A stretch of 39,086 bases of DNA from a virus (lineage: Duplodnaviria; Caudoviricetes): positions 1 to 39,086 of the IMG/VR virus record IMGVR_UViG_3300032303_002011, one strand, 5' to 3'. The notes beneath the pieces are model-generated. The model saw only the letters and a program-made list of their open reading frames with translations, had not been told where the DNA came from and did no database searches. Within the stretch, counting starts at the first letter, position 1. Each line of letters begins with the position of its first letter. The position numbers and the translations under genes are program-made. Below, in pieces: positions 1-10,862 of this stretch.

Positions 1-1
1 A

Positions 2-3000
2 GCCGTTGTTGAGTACAAAAAGGCCGTAAACTCAAACGACAAGCAATCTGACTTTGTTGATGCCCTTGGGTCAGTTCTTAGGGCTTCAATGGTCGCAAGC
101 CAAGAAACAGCAAGAGGAGCCTACTCAATAGCCGCCAACTCGCTACGAGCCATGATCAACGGAAAAGACCCAATGCCAGATATGGCCCCTCAGGGGCTAC
201 AGGCTGTCACATCCGTTCTTGGCAAGGCTTCCCTACTTGCAAATCCAGTCAAGGGAGTCCAAGACGCCATTAGCGCGGCTGGACAAAGAGTCGGAAACAA
301 AATTCTTGAGTTTGGAATTAGGCATAGCTCAAAGATCAAATCCCTCGCGGAAGTTACTGCCGATGTCCTCGAAGCATCTGCCCAAGCGGCGAAAGAAAAC
401 AAAGATGCAATTAATAAGACAATGTATGTCGACCCATCCTTTGAGGCTGGCATTACTGGGCAGGTCCTCAAAACGCTTGGTGAATCGCCTTGGACAATGG
501 CCCCTTATGCCTTCGGTGAGATTGGAATTCCGATTGCAGGTGCGCTAAACGTATCAAGGCTTTATTCGGAAGCACGGGAAGACCAAGACCAGAGCTACCA
601 AGCCAAACTACAGGAATTCAAGAGCGGTAAGATCAAGGAAGAACCGCAAGCGATGACGGAAGAGGAGGCTCACAGAAGCGCACTCCAATACGCCCTTCCG
701 GCCGGCATGATTGACACAATCGCCGACAAAATAGGATTCGATTTGCTCAAAGGCGGATTCAAGGTTGGCGGTAAATTAGCACCCAAGACGCTCGGAGAAT
801 TCTTTGAGGCAACCGCAAAAAGCTTGGCAAGGGATGGAGAACAAGCCCTCCCATTATACATGTCCGCTCCGCTTGGTGGAGCCGTTGAGAGCATTTCCGA
901 AACTAGCCAACAGGAAATACTTAACGGCCTAGCTCAACAATACAAGAATTGGGACCCCAAGAGGGAGTGGACTCAAGAGCTCGCTCAAAGCGCAATTGTT
1001 GGCGGTCTGGCAGGCATCTTGTTCCCCGTTATGGGTCATGTGAGCGGTGGCGTTTACAAGAAGTACGTCACCCTTCCCCAGATGGCGCTCGATAACGCAG
1101 GGCTGGATGAAGTAGCTAATCAGTTTAGATCACACTCTCAGGACGTTGAAGTTGGCGGTTGGGCCAAGTTTGCCCAAGCGATAATGCCGGAATCCGCCGA
1201 ACCCGCACAGGCCCTTGGGGCAAAGGTGTTAAACACCCCAGAATCCCAACTGCGAGGCACGGGAGTTAAATGGGTTATTGCGAATGGGATCAAAATCGAC
1301 GCAAGAATCAACCAATTGCAGGCAGAAATCGACAGCCTGCCGCCGTCTGAAGGCAAATCACAAAGACAGGAGCGCAATCACCTACTGATGATGAGGGCAA
1401 ATCTTGTAAGCGCATTACAAAACGATGCGAATACCAGATCCCAGCTTTGGAAGGAGATCTCGGAGCTTCCTAATGAGCCTCTTCGTAAAGGCGAACAGAA
1501 CCTCCATGACCTAGCCCTAGTGGTTGCCAAATTCTCTATGGGGGCTCCCCTCACCGAGGAAGAGATGAAGATGAAGGCAAACGGAATGCCGATCATCCAG
1601 AACGCTCAATTGGTGCAAATGAAGCTGGCCTTACAAAACAGAGACCCAGCCAGAGAAGACGGCAATAAAGCCGTATCCCCAGCGTTCATGAGGCTGATTG
1701 CTGGCAAATTACCAACCCTTGAGGCTGTCATTGAGAGTAATCAAGCCCTGCTTGAGGGGACTCCTGGGGTTGCTGATGAGGGCGCCGTCCCGCCGAAGCT
1801 GTCTGAAGCTCCATCCAAAGAACAAATCATCGCCGAGAGAAAAGCCGTCGGTGAGGAATACGACAAGGCAAATCAACCCACTCGGGCACCCTCTGAGACA
1901 ACCAAGACAGCCCAACCATCCCCTTCTATGCCCACATGGAATGTTGCGTGGAAGCGTGGGAAAGCCTCCGGAACATCACAGGTGTCAGCCCCAACAAGCG
2001 GACAGGCAAAACTCGAGGCCTTAAAACAACTTAAAGCAGAAAACCTTCCGGGTCAGATTTCAATTGGGCCAGCAGAACAGGCCGAACAACAAGACTTAAT
2101 TCCCTCCGAACAGCAACCCCTGATAAATAGAGCAAAAGAACTGGCACGGAGGGGATCACCTATCAGCGTTAACAGATACCTAAGAAGGCTCAAGGGGAAC
2201 ACGCCCGAAGAGAAACTTGCTGATGCCAAGCAACGTCTAACCGCATTTGCGATGGGCATGAAATCAAAATACGGACAAACAGTAAGATTCTCCGAAAATA
2301 AATCGCTCACAATGCCCATCTTCGCCAATCAATCCGAAGACGGAAACGTCACAATCAACATTAACCCAGACTTTTTCTTGAAAAATGACCCAGAGCACAA
2401 CAACAGATCCTTTGCAGAAGAAATCTTCCATGCGGCTGATTTTATTGCCTCCAACCTTGAAGCAGAAAAGGCCGGCAGAACCGACAAACATACATTTTGG
2501 CGGGAAAGAAGGTCTAGCCTCTACAGCAAACTAAAAGAAATAGGAAAAACAAACGAAGATGTAGCAAAAGCAATCATCTATTCAGCTTCCCTTTATGTTG
2601 ATGAAGGCCCGTTACGCGGGAAGCTTTTTGATAAAGAAGGACAAAACGGGGGTCTATCCGTTGAAGACACAATTGGCCTTATCGATGCAGAACAAAGCTT
2701 TAACGATGCCGCTTTTATGGCGGAACTTCTACGGCAGTTAAATTCACCAAGGACAACGGAAGGCAGGGTCGAATTCGGAAGAGCCAGAAATGACGCAAAG
2801 CGCGGAAAATATGCTTCACTTAAAGAAGCAATCAGCGTTGTCACAAACTACCTAAAGCAGGTTTATAGGGCGATCAAGGGCATCCGAGATGGCTTAAAAG
2901 ACAACCCCGAGGTTGCCCAAGAGCTAGATGCAACCCTTCAGAGCATCCGTGATGTTCTTAACGAAAAAGACACCGAGGAGCCACCGCTTGATTCCGGGTT

Positions 3001-6000
3001 GGTAAAGAAGCTAAAAGATCGCGGACTTACAACGGCTGAGATTAACAAGATGACGCCCGAAGAGGCTCAGAATAGGGCTAATACTCCTATCCAAGGGCCG
3101 GCACAGGGTCTTGACCCAGAACGCTTAAAGAACCAGAAGTCGAACAACGTCCGTGGGACAAAGTACGGAGGCGTAAAGTTTGATTACGTCGTTGTTCCTA
3201 GAGGCAAGCTGAACAACATGGCCGGGACAGAGCTCCAGCCAAGAAACCGAAGCGGAGATCCGGATTACACCAAAGAAGCTCTCGAGCGCGCGAATGAGCT
3301 AGATCCAAACAAGCTTTTGCAGGGCAACGAACTTGATACAGGAGCTCCCACGGTTATTGCTTCTGGAGACAACCCATACAGCATTAACAAAGACGGGTTC
3401 GACATTATTGCCGGACACGGGCGTAACGAGTCTATTGGACTTGCGCCAGATGAGCGGCGTCAGGCCTACATTGATGAAATGAGAAGGATGTATCCCGAGC
3501 TTAATGACGAAATCAATGCCATTCTCGAGTCGGGCGAAATGCCGGTTTTGGTCAGAAAGATTAATTGGGACGCAACGAAAGACTCCTCCCTCGGTACGCC
3601 TACTCAGCAATTAAGGCGGATCGCAAGGGACGCAAACCTAGGAACTGGAAACAGCAACCAAACCGAGGTCTCGCTATCCGACGCCATGGAAGTGAAGGAC
3701 GATGTGACTCTAAGCGCACCTCCCGAGGCGGACGGGTCGCTCCTAGACCCAGCTGGAAACCCATTAGGCGACCGAGAAGTGTTGGATAAATGGTTTAAGA
3801 TCTTTGGCTCACCCCGGGAATACAAAAGCGGTAATGGCTACACGAAGTCTTTTGAGGACAGGGTCAGGAACGCAATTGTGGCATACACCTTTGCCCCTGT
3901 TAACGAAAACGGCCAGATCAAGCTTGATAAAGACACCTTTAACTTAATCAACACCCTTGTTTCTGAGAATGTGGCGAAAGAAGCCAACCTCTCATCCCTT
4001 CGGGATGGCCTGCACAAGGCGGCTCCCTCCCTCTTTAGGGTTCGCCAGAAATTCCAAGAGCTAGAAAACAAGCTCCCGCAAGAGGCTAAAGATTCCAATC
4101 CGATCACCAACATCCAGAAAGCTCTTGTAGCCTATTTGGGATACAGGAGCGAACAGATCAATGCTGGCCTGAAAGTATCAGATATTGAGTTTGATAAATT
4201 CGTCAACCAAGGACAACTCTTTGGCGAAGTTATCACACCCAACCAAGCCATGATTCTGGCTCCGATGGTGCAGAAAAACGGAGAGAATGGCCTTCTTGAG
4301 GCAGGACAAGGAGCTCTGGCTCCCATCGCCTCTATTAAAGATGCTCACAGCATCAAAGATTCTCCCGACAGAATCGCCGCTTACCTGAGTGCCTATGCAA
4401 ATGCCATAGCTGACGCCTATTCAGAATACGGAGCGGATGCGGTATTCCCCGGGATGGAGCGGAAGCTTACCACGGAAGAAAACGCCTCTATTATCAAAGG
4501 AGCTCTTGAAATGGCTGGTGCAATCTACCCCAAGGGTCAGAGAGCGCCCGAGCCACAGATGCCAAATACGGCTTCAAATAAATCTTTGGGAGCTAAAAGC
4601 ATTGAAGCCGTAAAGGTAGCTAAAGAATTTGTCTCGTATTGGTCTGGCGTGGTAAGCGAGTCCCAAAAACACGCAAAAGATTTTGGCAATACTTTTGACG
4701 AAGCAAGCCTTATGGAAAGGCCTGTATACGGGAAAGATGCAAGAGACAAGAACATGGCTAATTTCGTATCAGCCGTTGCAAAGGTTATGGGAGGACGCGA
4801 CTTCATGCGACCAGACCTTGTTACCGATAAAGATGAAATTAAAGAGCCCCAGCTATCAAAATCAGCCGATGAAAGCGGAGGATTGGCATTTATCTCGAAT
4901 AAAGAAGACTTTGATAAGGCGAACTATCTTGCCGACTATTTCGGCATAAAAGGCAAAACAACCCTTGGCGATATTCTGAATAGGGCAAAAGCTCTTGGTA
5001 GGGATAACAATCAAAACCTTGGAGCCAAATCCTTGCCATCAATCTCCCCTGTCCGTGAGCTACGAAAGCTCACTAACGATCTAAAGAATGGCAAGATCAC
5101 CGAGCTCGATCTAGCTGTCAAGGTCGGACAACTGGTTTCCGACATAGAAGACCAGAGGGACCAAAGGATGGTTGAAAAGATTTTCAAGGAACGAGTCCGA
5201 GGACCCGATTTTGTTGAGCAGAAGCTCCTAGAAGCAAAACGGAATGGAAGCCTCTCCGTAGGTCAGGTCGAGATGGCCCGATTCTTATTAAGGGAGAACC
5301 CCAACCTTGCGGAAGGACTCGGGATCTCAATCCGTGGGGCAAAAGAACAGGAGGATATTGGTGGCATATACAACCCCTTCAACAGGGTTATGACCTTAAT
5401 AAAAGACAGAGGTAACGAATCTGTTGCCGTCCACGAGATCCTTCATCACGCCGAGAGAATGATGCCAAAAGATGTCCAAGAAGGAATCAAGGTTGAGTGG
5501 AGCAAAGCGTACAGCAAGGCAATTCAAGACGCCACGGCGAAGAACGATACCAAGCGGATTGAGCTACTCACAGAAATGTTCACTTCCCTAATTGGGGATC
5601 AGGCTCCAAGCGAATCCGTCATGAAGGCATTTGATGACAATTCTCTAAGCCGTGATGACTACCAGCTAGTCAATCCGAGCGAATTCTGGGCAGTAAACGC
5701 AAGCCGAATTGTTGCGGATCGCTCTCAGACTATGGGTTGGGTCGAGAAGGCCAGACAATGGCTCAAGGAGTTTTACCAACTTGCAAAAGGCGCTATCGGG
5801 CTCCAAAGCGACTCTCCAATCCTCAAGGGGTTGGCCGAAGTCATTCAGTCCGAAGGCTATTTCCAATCCAAAGGAATGCTTTCGGGTGGCTTAAAGTCGC
5901 TTGCATCAAAATTTACAGACGAACAATTATTCAACAACGACGAGAACGCAGAGACAGAGCAAGAGGTCGGGGCAACCGAAGAATCTGTAAAGAACGCTGG

Positions 6001-9000
6001 GATCGTAAGGAACATCATCGCTCCACCAGAAAAGGTTAAAAGAGGTTCTAGCAACGGAGAGAAGAACGAAAGAACGCAACCCGGTGGGAAGCTAATCAAT
6101 TCTTTCGTGAGAAGCTCGATTGCCGAAAGGTTTTACATTCGTGGCTACAGCCAAGACGAGCTTCGTGAGCTCGCATACGACAAGATTATGGATTTGCTTT
6201 CCAAGTCCCCTGCCGGTCAAAAGATTGCAAAACAATATTTATCCGCAAACTCGGAATTCCTTAATGATAATTTAATCAACGCAAAGGGCGGCGCTGAGAT
6301 ATCGGAACGCAAAGAAGGCCAGATGGAGCTAGTCAAAACCCTCGTTGCAAGGGCCAAGTCCGAGGGTAATGCAACACCTACAGGGGCGGATCTGATGGCA
6401 TTCATGACGGCCGAAGAGAAGGCAAAAGGCTTCACCGAAACCGAAATTGAGTCAGCAAGATCAGAAAGACACCTATTTAACTACGTTCTCCGCTCGCTGA
6501 CCAACATGGTCGCAAAGATGACGGGTAACGAGGAGTCCGAAGGTAAAATCATCGCCCAATCCCAGATCGAGAATCGCTACAACAATCTTTCCCCAGAAGC
6601 TGATACAGAGGAAATGGCTGAAAACATGTACGGCAACCAAGCTGGTGTCGAAACAACCATTAGCAATATCCCGCTTGAAGAAGTTTACGAGAACATTGAG
6701 AGAAGCCTCCAAAACACGACTCCAGAAAGAATAATGCGGAGTATCCTTGGAAATCTTGGCGGTAAGGACGGACCGATGGACCTGCATGCACGTGGACTGT
6801 CATTCAGCCAGATTGCAGACGAGCTTAACCTTACTGGAACACAAAGGGATGACGCAAAGGTTTGGAGGTCTATTCAAGAGGGCTACCAAAGAATGCAGGT
6901 AGCTCTGGATGCTATACGAAAAAGAAAATCCGAGCTCGAATCCTTGAGAAACCCGACAGAAGAAGACGAGGCAACTTTAGACGAGATTAACGAATACCTC
7001 GGCGGATTCTCGAAAAAGGACTTGGAGGCCATCAACGCTAAGGCAAAAGAAAAAGAGGAGTTCCAAAAAGCCCTTGATGAATCCCGCCTAGAGAAAGGCG
7101 AGTCAGTACAACAAAGCTTATTCGCCAAAGTCCCAGATGCTCGGATTGTTACTAAATACTACGAGCTACAGGACAAGATACGGGCCGGCGAAGTCACCCC
7201 GAGGGAATTGGACATGTACGACAAGATCGAAAGCATGGCGATTAAGTACAAGTGGCCCGGCGTACCCGTCCAAACACGCCTCTTTGAGCTCGCAAGCATC
7301 ATGCGCCGCACAAAAGACAGCAACACACAGACAGATCTAAACGTAAAGCAGATGGAGCTGATGCTTGATGATGACACTCTCAGCGGTTTGAACGGAAACC
7401 TCAAAGCTAAAACCATTGCCAGAATGAGCGAGGATCAGTTGCTTAACGAACTAGAAGGAGATTGGTTGACAGAAGAAGAGCTCCAGCAAGCGATGGCAGA
7501 CGAAGAGGCCGGCAAATCAAGAGGATTGGCTGACTACGGAGAATCTGAGAACGCAAGTGCTGGTGTTAGGGCTTCCCAAGAGGCAACTCCTCGCCCAGCA
7601 GTCAAGAAGCTCGAGGATACGGCTCGTGGATCGGATTCGATTTCCGATAGGGACATCCTTGCTAGAATGCGTGAAGAAGGTGTGCAGTTGAGCGACGAAG
7701 AGACTTTTGCGGCCAGAAGGGTCAGCAACAAGCTATGGGACGAGGCAATTGAATCTGGGGACGAAACCCAAATCAACAGGGCATTTCTAGTAACCCGCGA
7801 CTACATTCGGTCTGGAACAGAGCAAGCAAGAGGATTGGCCGCTAGAAGGGGTCGCTCGCAAGAAGACGCCCATCGGGATGCAATCCTCTCGCCTATTCTG
7901 CCCACAGAGAACGAGCTCAAAAAAGAAGCCGCCACACAAGCCGTTAAGGCACGGAGAGAGGCTTCCAGCAAAAGGGCGCAGGTCGAAGACGCTAAGAGCA
8001 AACTCAGCAAGCAAGACCAGCAACGCCCCGATTGGAAAGAATGGTTTGACACCCAAGAGAAAGAGATTGCTGAACACAAGAAGACAATTGCTGATGGTGG
8101 ACGGAGCAAGGCCGAAGAAGTTGTCGTGGACAAGAAACGCAAAAAAGCTGAAGAAGCCCTAGCTGTTACAGGCAGAAACCTCGCGACCCTCGAAACCGAG
8201 AACACAATCCACAAGCTCCGCACGGGTGAGACAATGAATCAGATCTTGGGCAAGATAGGAGACCCCATCCTCCGCGAAGCCGTCCGGATGTACACACAAG
8301 GCATGGCGGTTAAGGATATTGAAAAAACCCTCGGCAAGAAGGGGCTAAAAAACGACATCAACAAGGCAATTGTTAATGGCCTACAGCCCGAAATGGACCG
8401 CCGGTTCCAAAGACTTTATGATGAAGTAGCCGAAAAGGGGCTGACAAAAAAACAACTTATTGCGCGGCTGAAGAAGCTATCGAATGGGCAATCTCTTCTT
8501 GCCAAAGGCATGGATAATCAGGATGACGGATCACCCCTCACCCAAGAGGAGGCACGGCAAATTACCCAAGAGATGTTCGGGCTTACCACCGAAGGGCTAA
8601 ACCGAGAGAAAAGTGAGCAGTTATTTAACTACAAAGATCAAGTCCAAGTTAGCAAAATACAATCTCTCATAACCGAGGGTGTAGATGGACCCGCTTCTTG
8701 GGGCAAGATAGCAAGCGATGTATTTGCCTCATTTATATTTAGCGGAGCCCCATCATTAGTGGCAAATGTTGGCTTAACAACAATTGCTTGGGCGAGCGTA
8801 CCGGCGCATCTTTTTGCCGAAGCTATAACTTCACGGATGAAGGGTGATGTGAAAATGGCCTACGGAGACGAAATTATTGGAACCCCATACAAAAACATTG
8901 GCGAAGCCGTGTCGGGAGGCATCACGGAAGCAAAGTCCGCTTTAGCATCCATTAAAATTGGGGCACTAAACGCCGCTTGGGCCAAAGCTTGTGATGCATT

Positions 9001-10849
9001 TAAGAATGAGTTTTCTTCTTTTGGAGAAGATCAAGGCATGGCCAACCAAGGCCTAACCGAAAGGGAGTCCGGTATTATCACCAAATCAATACCCGGGTTT
9101 ACTGGCAAGGTAGTCAGAGCTGGGATCAACTTACTTTTATCTGGCGACGAGTTCACAAAGAACTTCAGGGCAAACATGTATGTTGGAGCATTTGCGTACA
9201 GGGTTGGCAAGGCAAAGGGCTTGTCCGGAACTGATTTGACTGACTTTGTAGAAAATCAAATTGCTGACAAAAGTTCAATTGCTTGGGATTTGGCCGTTAA
9301 AAGAACTCTTAGGGACACATTCGGACAAAATCTTGCTTCCGAAGAGAATGTATCAAGGAAAACACTTGGCAAAACAAGAAGCATTGGCGAAGGCTTTGGA
9401 ATTGTTCCTCAAGCCGCCAGAAACATAAACGCAGGAATAGCCAAAATGGCACAGCAAGCATCACAGACAGATGGAATAGGCAACATTACAATTGGAGGAA
9501 GATCATTTAGCCCAGCCGAATTCGCCTTAAGGTTTGCACAGAGTTTCTTTATATTAATTAAAAGCCCATATAATATTGCTAGAGCCGCCGCCGCTTACTC
9601 GCCTCTTGCAGGGTTAAATGTTATTGCGAGAAACGCAGCCGGAACAAGAACGACAATCGACCCAGAGACAGGAAAAACAATTAAATATATGCAAGCAGAG
9701 GACTATGAGGCCTCTGTTCAGAGGCATACCGAAGCCATGCTTGGAATGATGGGGATGGCCGCTTTATGGAGTGCTTTTGAGGGAGATGATGATGACGACG
9801 AGAAAAGAGTATTTGGACTTTCATGGATGCCCAAGATACTAATTACAGGATCATCCGACAAAGGCCCAAAGACAAGATACGGGAATCAAGCCACAACCAT
9901 CACGGTTGGCGGTTACTCGTTCCCTTATGGGCGGTATGAACCATTGTCAGGATTAGCGTACCTAGCGGACCTAGCAAGAGAGGCAAAACAAATCCAAAAG
10001 GGTCGCGGATCTGCTGGGGCAAGAGTTCAACAATGGGCAAGCGACTTCATTTCATACCCATTTAGCAAAACCTTTTCAAAGTCGTGGCGCGATCTTGCAA
10101 AGTTTGCAAGCGTGAAGGGAGTTCCAGAAGTGATGCAAAACAGGATAGCATCTGTTGTTGTACCCAACTTTTTCCGTAGGCTTTTTGAGCCCGGAGCTGT
10201 TACCGCTGGTGAAGAAGAATGGGATTCCGAGCGGTTATCTGGTTGGAGTTGGAACGAGATGGGTGGATGGATTAATGCCACCCTTCCGGGACTTCCATCA
10301 ATGCTTTCCGAAGCAGGCGTCAAAGGAGTAGCCTCTGAGGGACTTCCACCAAGATCGCTTGCCGACCTAAGCGTTAAAAAGAGAAATGTTGCGGTTAGTG
10401 AAACTATAGCAAAAAGAATCCTTCCAGATAGGGCGGCAAGATTAATTGGCGGAATTACAAGAGGACTCGTACCTGAGGGTGGTTTCTATGAGGCCCCAGC
10501 AAAAACGAGGCTAGAAAAGTTCATTTCAGCTTACAACGCAAGGTATCCGCAAACATCCTATAACCCAAAGCCACCCAACAAGTTCGTGCAGATAAAAGAT
10601 AAGAATGGGATATCCAAGAACGAACAGATGACGCCTCGCGAATACAAGATGATGCTGGAAATGGCCTCAAAACTAGGCACGGCAAGGATCAATTCTGTAT
10701 TGAGCGACGAGAATATTGCGAACCCAACAGAGAATGTCCGCAAACTGGTCGATAAAATCCGAGAGGATGCAGTTAGCTCGGCCAGAGAAGCTGTAAAACG
10801 TGCGCGTCGCTATCAAAACGAAAAAGCTGTTGAGCCAGCCTCCAGCTAG
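2..10849 (+). CDS. Giant polyvalent / internal virion (ejection) protein, 5'-truncated
   Basis: Frame is open from base 2, so ATG 89 is probably internal. Zincin-like motifs EEIFH (2417-2431) and HEILH (5432-5446, with downstream SEFWA); DdrB/ParB-like segment QPRNRS..LDPNKLL..GAPTV..IIAGHGR..PVLVR (~3170-3640); HTH GLSFSQIADELNL (~6790); LPD38-like C-terminal segment (FPYGRYEPL). Lies next to the portal gene. Confidence 0.8.
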   Translation, partial: AVVEYKKAVNSNDKQSDFVDALGSVLRASMVASQETARGAYSIAANSLRAMINGKDPMPDMAPQGLQAVTSVLGKASLLANPVKGVQDAISAAGQRVGNKILEFGIRHSSKIKSLAEVTADVLEASAQAAKENKDAINKTMYVDPSFEAGITGQVLKTLGESPWTMAPYAFGEIGIPIAGALNVSRLYSEAREDQDQSYQAKLQEFKSGKIKEEPQAMTEEEAHRSALQYALPAGMIDTIADKIGFDLLKGGFKVGGKLAPKTLGEFFEATAKSLARDGEQALPLYMSAPLGGAVESISETSQQEILNGLAQQYKNWDPKREWTQELAQSAIVGGLAGILFPVMGHVSGGVYKKYVTLPQMALDNAGLDEVANQFRSHSQDVEVGGWAKFAQAIMPESAEPAQALGAKVLNTPESQLRGTGVKWVIANGIKIDARINQLQAEIDSLPPSEGKSQRQERNHLLMMRANLVSALQNDANTRSQLWKEISELPNEPLRKGEQNLHDLALVVAKFSMGAPLTEEEMKMKANGMPIIQNAQLVQMKLALQNRDPAREDGNKAVSPAFMRLIAGKLPTLEAVIESNQALLEGTPGVADEGAVPPKLSEAPSKEQIIAERKAVGEEYDKANQPTRAPSETTKTAQPSPSMPTWNVAWKRGKASGTSQVSAPTSGQAKLEALKQLKAENLPGQISIGPAEQAEQQDLIPSEQQPLINRAKELARRGSPISVNRYLRRLKGNTPEEKLADAKQRLTAFAMGMKSKYGQTVRFSENKSLTMPIFANQSEDGNVTININPDFFLKNDPEHNNRSFAEEIFHAADFIASNLEAEKAGRTDKHTFWRERRSSLYSKLKEIGKTNEDVAKAIIYSASLYVDEGPLRGKLFDKEGQNGGLSVEDTIGLIDAEQSFNDAAFMAELLRQLNSPRTTEGRVEFGRARNDAKRGKYASLKEAISVVTNYLKQVYRAIKGIRDGLKDNPEVAQELDATLQSIRDVLNEKDTEEPPLDSGLVKKLKDRGLTTAEINKMTPEEAQNRANTPIQGPAQGLDPERLKNQKSNNVRGTKYGGVKFDYVVVPRGKLNNMAGTELQPRNRSGDPDYTKEALERANELDPNKLLQGNELDTGAPTVIASGDNPYSINKDGFDIIAGHGRNESIGLAPDERRQAYIDEMRRMYPELNDEINAILESGEMPVLVRKINWDATKDSSLGTPTQQLRRIARDANLGTGNSNQTEVSLSDAMEVKDDVTLSAPPEADGSLLDPAGNPLGDREVLDKWFKIFGSPREYKSGNGYTKSFEDRVRNAIVAYTFAPVNENGQIKLDKDTFNLINTLVSENVAKEANLSSLRDGLHKAAPSLFRVRQKFQELENKLPQEAKDSNPITNIQKALVAYLGYRSEQINAGLKVSDIEFDKFVNQGQLFGEVITPNQAMILAPMVQKNGENGLLEAGQGALAPIASIKDAHSIKDSPDRIAAYLSAYANAIADAYSEYGADAVFPGMERKLTTEENASIIKGALEMAGAIYPKGQRAPEPQMPNTASNKSLGAKSIEAVKVAKEFVSYWSGVVSESQKHAKDFGNTFDEASLMERPVYGKDARDKNMANFVSAVAKVMGGRDFMRPDLVTDKDEIKEPQLSKSADESGGLAFISNKEDFDKANYLADYFGIKGKTTLGDILNRAKALGRDNNQNLGAKSLPSISPVRELRKLTNDLKNGKITELDLAVKVGQLVSDIEDQRDQRMVEKIFKERVRGPDFVEQKLLEAKRNGSLSVGQVEMARFLLRENPNLAEGLGISIRGAKEQEDIGGIYNPFNRVMTLIKDRGNESVAVHEILHHAERMMPKDVQEGIKVEWSKAYSKAIQDATAKNDTKRIELLTEMFTSLIGDQAPSESVMKAFDDNSLSRDDYQLVNPSEFWAVNASRIVADRSQTMGWVEKARQWLKEFYQLAKGAIGLQSDSPILKGLAEVIQSEGYFQSKGMLSGGLKSLASKFTDEQLFNNDENAETEQEVGATEESVKNAGIVRNIIAPPEKVKRGSSNGEKNERTQPGGKLINSFVRSSIAERFYIRGYSQDELRELAYDKIMDLLSKSPAGQKIAKQYLSANSEFLNDNLINAKGGAEISERKEGQMELVKTLVARAKSEGNATPTGADLMAFMTAEEKAKGFTETEIESARSERHLFNYVLRSLTNMVAKMTGNEESEGKIIAQSQIENRYNNLSPEADTEEMAENMYGNQAGVETTISNIPLEEVYENIERSLQNTTPERIMRSILGNLGGKDGPMDLHARGLSFSQIADELNLTGTQRDDAKVWRSIQEGYQRMQVALDAIRKRKSELESLRNPTEEDEATLDEINEYLGGFSKKDLEAINAKAKEKEEFQKALDESRLEKGESVQQSLFAKVPDARIVTKYYELQDKIRAGEVTPRELDMYDKIESMAIKYKWPGVPVQTRLFELASIMRRTKDSNTQTDLNVKQMELMLDDDTLSGLNGNLKAKTIARMSEDQLLNELEGDWLTEEELQQAMADEEAGKSRGLADYGESENASAGVRASQEATPRPAVKKLEDTARGSDSISDRDILARMREEGVQLSDEETFAARRVSNKLWDEAIESGDETQINRAFLVTRDYIRSGTEQARGLAARRGRSQEDAHRDAILSPILPTENELKKEAATQAVKARREASSKRAQVEDAKSKLSKQDQQRPDWKEWFDTQEKEIAEHKKTIADGGRSKAEEVVVDKKRKKAEEALAVTGRNLATLETENTIHKLRTGETMNQILGKIGDPILREAVRMYTQGMAVKDIEKTLGKKGLKNDINKAIVNGLQPEMDRRFQRLYDEVAEKGLTKKQLIARLKKLSNGQSLLAKGMDNQDDGSPLTQEEARQITQEMFGLTTEGLNREKSEQLFNYKDQVQVSKIQSLITEGVDGPASWGKIASDVFASFIFSGAPSLVANVGLTTIAWASVPAHLFAEAITSRMKGDVKMAYGDEIIGTPYKNIGEAVSGGITEAKSALASIKIGALNAAWAKACDAFKNEFSSFGEDQGMANQGLTERESGIITKSIPGFTGKVVRAGINLLLSGDEFTKNFRANMYVGAFAYRVGKAKGLSGTDLTDFVENQIADKSSIAWDLAVKRTLRDTFGQNLASEENVSRKTLGKTRSIGEGFGIVPQAARNINAGIAKMAQQASQTDGIGNITIGGRSFSPAEFALRFAQSFFILIKSPYNIARAAAAYSPLAGLNVIARNAAGTRTTIDPETGKTIKYMQAEDYEASVQRHTEAMLGMMGMAALWSAFEGDDDDDEKRVFGLSWMPKILITGSSDKGPKTRYGNQATTITVGGYSFPYGRYEPLSGLAYLADLAREAKQIQKGRGSAGARVQQWASDFISYPFSKTFSKSWRDLAKFASVKGVPEVMQNRIASVVVPNFFRRLFEPGAVTAGEEEWDSERLSGWSWNEMGGWINATLPGLPSMLSEAGVKGVASEGLPPRSLADLSVKKRNVAVSETIAKRILPDRAARLIGGITRGLVPEGGFYEAPAKTRLEKFISAYNARYPQTSYNPKPPNKFVQIKDKNGISKNEQMTPREYKMMLEMASKLGTARINSVLSDENIANPTENVRKLVDKIREDAVSSAREAVKRARRYQNEKAVEPASS

Positions 10850-10862
10850 TAGGTAAAAGCCG

